Part shown: positions 16,996-20,000 of the stretch, piece by piece
Layout of the letters: every line of letters begins with the position of its first letter
Position numbering within the stretch: position 1 is the stretch's first letter
Assembly (NCBI GenBank): GCA_009886115.1
Contig: VFJJ01000001.1
Coordinates: 46,808 to 66,807 of the forward strand
Source of the DNA: Actinomycetota bacterium
GTDB lineage: Bacteria > Actinomycetota > Acidimicrobiia > IMCC26256 > VFJJ01
Direction of reading: 5' to 3'
DNA: 20,000 nt
Notes under the pieces: generated by a model
The model's database searches: none
What the model was told of the DNA's origin: nothing
The model's input: only the letters and a program-made list of their open reading frames with translations
Translations under genes and position numbers: made by a program

Positions 16996-18129
16996 ATGGA
17001 GCTCGGAATCTTCATCCAGACCCCGGTGTTCAAGCACCACCGCGAAGGCAACCCGGGATACGAGCATCAGAAGCTCATGCAGGATCTGGAGGTTGCGATC
17101 GCGGCTGACAAGGCCGGGTTCAAGTACCTGCTGGCATCAGAGCACCATTTCCTCGACGAGTACTCGCACCTGTCGGCCAACGATGTCGTGCTCGGTTACC
17201 TGGCTCACGCGACGAAGCAGATCCACCTGGTCTCGGCGATCTTCAACCCGCTGCCGCACGTGATCCACCCGGCGAAGCTGGCGGAGATCGTCGCCATGCT
17301 CGACCATGTCTCGGAGGGTCGCTTCGAGTTCGGCACCGGTCGTGGCGCAGGCAGCCACGAGATCCTCGGTTTCCTCCCCGGCATGGAGGACCTCACGGGA
17401 ACCCGTGACATCTGGGAGGACGTCATCGCCGAGTTCCCCAAGATGTGGATGCAGGACACGTACGAGGGCTATGAGGGCAAGTACTGGTCGCTGCCGCCGC
17501 GCAAGATCCTCCCCAAGCCCTACGGGCCTGGGCATCCGGCGATGTGGTACGCCGCAGGGAACACGTCGAGCTACGAGATGTGCGCCCGCAAGGGTCTCGG
17601 CGTGCTCGGGTTCTCGGTCGGCGCGATCTCCGAGCTCGACCCGGTTATCAAGTCGTACAAGAAGGGAATCGCCAACGCCGAGCCGATAGGGGCGTTCGTG
17701 AACGACAACGTCCTCGTGGTCAGTCAGGCCATGGTGAGCGAGGACTCGGCCAAGGCCGAGGCCCAGGCTCTCGACCCCGATCTGGCCTACCACATCAGCA
17801 ACGTGTATCGATACCACGACACGTTCCCACACCCGCCGGAAATGCCCGAGTGGCCGAACCTGGTCCCCACAACCACCGCTGCGGGCATACCGACCGCTCG
17901 CGAGATGGGCATGATCATCGGCGATCCCGACCACGCCATCGAGCAGCTCCGGCGCTGGGAGTCGGCGGGGGCCGATCAGGTCATCTTCGGTACGGGGGCC
18001 GGTTCTCACGAAGACCTCCTCGAGACGATCCGCCTGATGGGTGAGCACGTGATTCCCAAGTTCCACATCGATCCCGTCCACCGCACGACCAGGCTGCGCC
18101 ATGCGGCATGCGGTTCACCCGCCGAGTAG
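16996..18129 (+). CDS. LLM-class (luciferase-like) flavin-dependent oxidoreductase
   Basis: SEHHFLDEYSHLSA, HPAKLAEIVAMLDHVSEGRFEFGTGRG, ILPKP, IIGDPD. GAGAGGA RBS. Confidence 0.94.
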   Translation: MELGIFIQTPVFKHHREGNPGYEHQKLMQDLEVAIAADKAGFKYLLASEHHFLDEYSHLSANDVVLGYLAHATKQIHLVSAIFNPLPHVIHPAKLAEIVAMLDHVSEGRFEFGTGRGAGSHEILGFLPGMEDLTGTRDIWEDVIAEFPKMWMQDTYEGYEGKYWSLPPRKILPKPYGPGHPAMWYAAGNTSSYEMCARKGLGVLGFSVGAISELDPVIKSYKKGIANAEPIGAFVNDNVLVVSQAMVSEDSAKAEAQALDPDLAYHISNVYRYHDTFPHPPEMPEWPNLVPTTTAAGIPTAREMGMIIGDPDHAIEQLRRWESAGADQVIFGTGAGSHEDLLETIRLMGEHVIPKFHIDPVHRTTRLRHAACGSPAE

Positions 18130-18187
18130 CGGAATAATCCACCGAGTAATCGACCGAGCAGTCGCCCGAGAGAGCACCGAGAACACA
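18130..18187 (+). repeat. Degenerate 11-12 bp tandem repeats with a CCGAG core
   Basis: CGGAATAATCCA, CCGAGTAATCGA, CCGAGCAGTCGC, CCGAGAGAGCA, CCGAGAACACA immediately after the LLM stop. Confidence 0.5.
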
Positions 18188-18259
18188 TGACGGCAGCGCT
18201 ACACACCAACCTGGGGGAGCAATGAGGGCACTCTAAGGAACGAGACGAGCGACGCGCAC

Positions 18260-18589
18260 GACCGGCAGGACGGCGACCTCATGGTCTTGTGCCCGGGCCT
18301 GCCGAGCTTCATCGACGTCGGCGGGCCCATGCCGTTCGTGCCGGCGCTGGTCCTGTCGTTGATCATCAGCGCCGCCTTGGGTTGGGGGTTGTATCTGGTG
18401 ATCTTCCGGCCGCTGTGTGCCGCGCCTCCGCTCGCCCCGGCGGTGGCATCGTTGGGTGTGCTGGTCGTCATCCAGTCGCTGATCGTCGAGCGCCTCGGGA
18501 CACGCGCCGTGAATGTGAACGCGATCTTCCCCAGGGAACGCTGGGAGATCGGCGGAGTCGCCATCTCGCAGGAGCGATTCTGGTGCTGA
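18260..18589 (+). pseudogene. Internal fragment of a branched-chain amino acid ABC permease (LivH-like)
   Basis: Hydrophobic ALVLSLIISAALGWGLYLVIFRPL-AAPPLA-AVASLGVLVVIQ pattern. Only ~100 aa; N- and C-terminal helices and partner ABC genes are absent. Confidence 0.7.
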
Positions 18590-18635
18590 GCCATGGCGAG
18601 GTGGACCCACGCTGGAGGGTCGGATTTGGGCGTGG

Positions 18636-18664
18636 TTGACACATCAGTCAAGTGAACGTAGCTT
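18636..18664 (+). promoter_or_regulatory. Sigma70-type promoter overlapped by operator copy 4
   Basis: TTGACA (18636-18641), 17 bp, TAGCTT (18659-18664). Palindrome TTGACACATCAGTCAA (18636-18651) covers the -35. Confidence 0.75.
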
Positions 18665-18734
18665 GCGGTCCGATCCGTTCGATCGATTGCTCTACGAGCA
18701 CAAGTCGGTGATCGAGCGGGAATCGGGAGAGATC

Positions 18735-19547
18735 ATGGTCGACACGACCGGGTTGGGACTCGTTGGACGGCGGACCCTGGTGGTGGGCGCGGGGTCGGGC
18801 ATCGGGCGGGCCACCGCCGTGTTGCTCGGTCAGTTCGGCGCTCGTGTCGCGCTCGGTGACATCGACGCCGAGCGGGGTGCCGCGGTTGCAAAGGAGATCG
18901 GCTCCGAGAACGGCACCGTCCCGATCGTGCTCGGCGACGTGACCGAGGCGGCCGAGGCCGACAGGGTCGTGAACGAGGCGGCCGATGCGCTCGGTGGGCT
19001 CGATGCCCTGATCAACATCGTCGGGATGGCCGCGTGGGGCGATCTGCTCTCGATGACCGACGCCACGTGGTCGCTCGAGCTGAATCGCAACCTCACCCAG
19101 CACCTCAACGTCAGCAGGGCTGCAGCGCGCCGATGGATCGCCGACGGGAGTCCGGGCCGTATTGCCGTCGTGGCCTCGGTGAGCGGGATCTACGGCGCGC
19201 CGAACCACGGGGCGTATGGCGCGGCCAAGGCCGGGCTCATGGGTCTGGTCCGCACCATGGCTCAGGAGTGGGGACCGCACGGCATCAGGGTCAACGCCGT
19301 GGCACCCGACATGATCGCCACCCCACGGGTTCTGGCTGCGTACGAGGGCACAGGGCGCGACCACGGCGACGATGCCGTGGCCGACGGCGCCTCCATCGGA
19401 CGCTCGGGTGTTCCCGAGGAGATCGCCGGTCCGCTGGTGTTCCTCGTCTCCGACCTGTCGAGCTACATGACCGGCCAGAGCCTGGTGGTCGACGGCGGGA
19501 CCATGACGGCCTTCCCTCATGCCCGGGGCACCACGGTCATGAAATAG
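18735..19547 (+). CDS. Short-chain dehydrogenase/reductase
   Basis: VGAGSGIG, YGAAK, IRVNAVAP, YMTGQSLVVDGG. GGGAGAG RBS before ATG 18735. Confidence 0.94.
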   Translation: MVDTTGLGLVGRRTLVVGAGSGIGRATAVLLGQFGARVALGDIDAERGAAVAKEIGSENGTVPIVLGDVTEAAEADRVVNEAADALGGLDALINIVGMAAWGDLLSMTDATWSLELNRNLTQHLNVSRAAARRWIADGSPGRIAVVASVSGIYGAPNHGAYGAAKAGLMGLVRTMAQEWGPHGIRVNAVAPDMIATPRVLAAYEGTGRDHGDDAVADGASIGRSGVPEEIAGPLVFLVSDLSSYMTGQSLVVDGGTMTAFPHARGTTVMK

Positions 19548-19596
19548 CACCCGCCGGGTTGCCGGCGAGCACCGCCGACGAGTAGAGGAACCTCAC

Positions 19597-20000
19597 GTGG
19601 AGCTCGGAATCAACATCCAGACCCCGGTGTACCATCATCGCCGTGGAGGCGATCCGAACTACGAGCACAAGCGGCTCATGGACGAGATCGAGTTGGCGAT
19701 CGCCGCCGATCGGGCTGGGTTCAAGTACGTCTCGGCCACCGAGCACCATTTTCTCGACGAGTACTCGCACCTCTCGGCGAACAGCGTCGTGCTCAGCTAC
19801 CTGGCCCACGCCACCGAGCGCATCCATCTGCTGTCGGGGATCTTCAACCCGCTCCCACAGGTGATCCACCCCGCCAAGCTGGCCGAGGCCGTCGCCATGC
19901 TCGACCACCTCTCGAACAGGCGATTCGAGTTCGGGACGGGTCGGGGAGCGGGGAGCCACGAGATCTTGGGGTTCTTGCACCGCGAGGGAATCACCGACAC
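19597..20000 (+). CDS. Second LLM-class oxidoreductase, 3'-partial, paralog of 16996-18129
   Basis: Absent from the ORF track (no stop in window). Manual translation from GTG 19597 (AGAGGA RBS): MELGINIQTPVYHHRRGGDPNYEH...TEHHFLDEYSHLSAN...FEFGTGRGAGSHEILGFL. Confidence 0.92.
   Translation, partial: MELGINIQTPVYHHRRGGDPNYEHKRLMDEIELAIAADRAGFKYVSATEHHFLDEYSHLSANSVVLSYLAHATERIHLLSGIFNPLPQVIHPAKLAEAVAMLDHLSNRRFEFGTGRGAGSHEILGFLHREGITD

Noticed and set aside
18122..18187. Repeats as a CRISPR array
   Set aside because: Units are 11-12 bp, degenerate, with no spacers and no cas genes.
18636..18734. TTG start at 18636 for the second SDR
   Set aside because: That TTG is the -35/operator; ATG 18735 has an RBS and gives a normal SDR length.

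Overview
High-GC, actinobacterial-type window (gene families resemble Acidimicrobiia/Mycobacterium; taxonomy is inference). It is packed with catabolic and redox enzymes: two alpha/beta hydrolases, a CPGC redoxin, a fused two-module acyl-CoA dehydrogenase, an APH-like phosphotransferase, a DUF35 + thiolase-like pair, a cysteine-less isochorismatase-family protein, an NTF2/SnoaL protein, three SDR/epimerases, a cyclase-family protein, a dienelactone hydrolase, a cytochrome P450 and three LLM flavin/F420 oxidoreductases. No mobile-element enzyme, RNA gene, CRISPR array or transcription factor is visible. The strongest non-coding signal is a palindrome YTGAC-N6-GTCAR found four times, always in a promoter region, which suggests an operator for a regulator encoded elsewhere. 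Other signals: a REP-like element in two inverted copies bracketing one SDR gene, a (GGGTTGY)5 G-quadruplex-type repeat, three eroded gene remnants between 12.2 and 18.6 kb, and two single-G frameshifts that may be sequencing errors. I found no evidence for a wholly new system beyond this candidate regulon/pathway.
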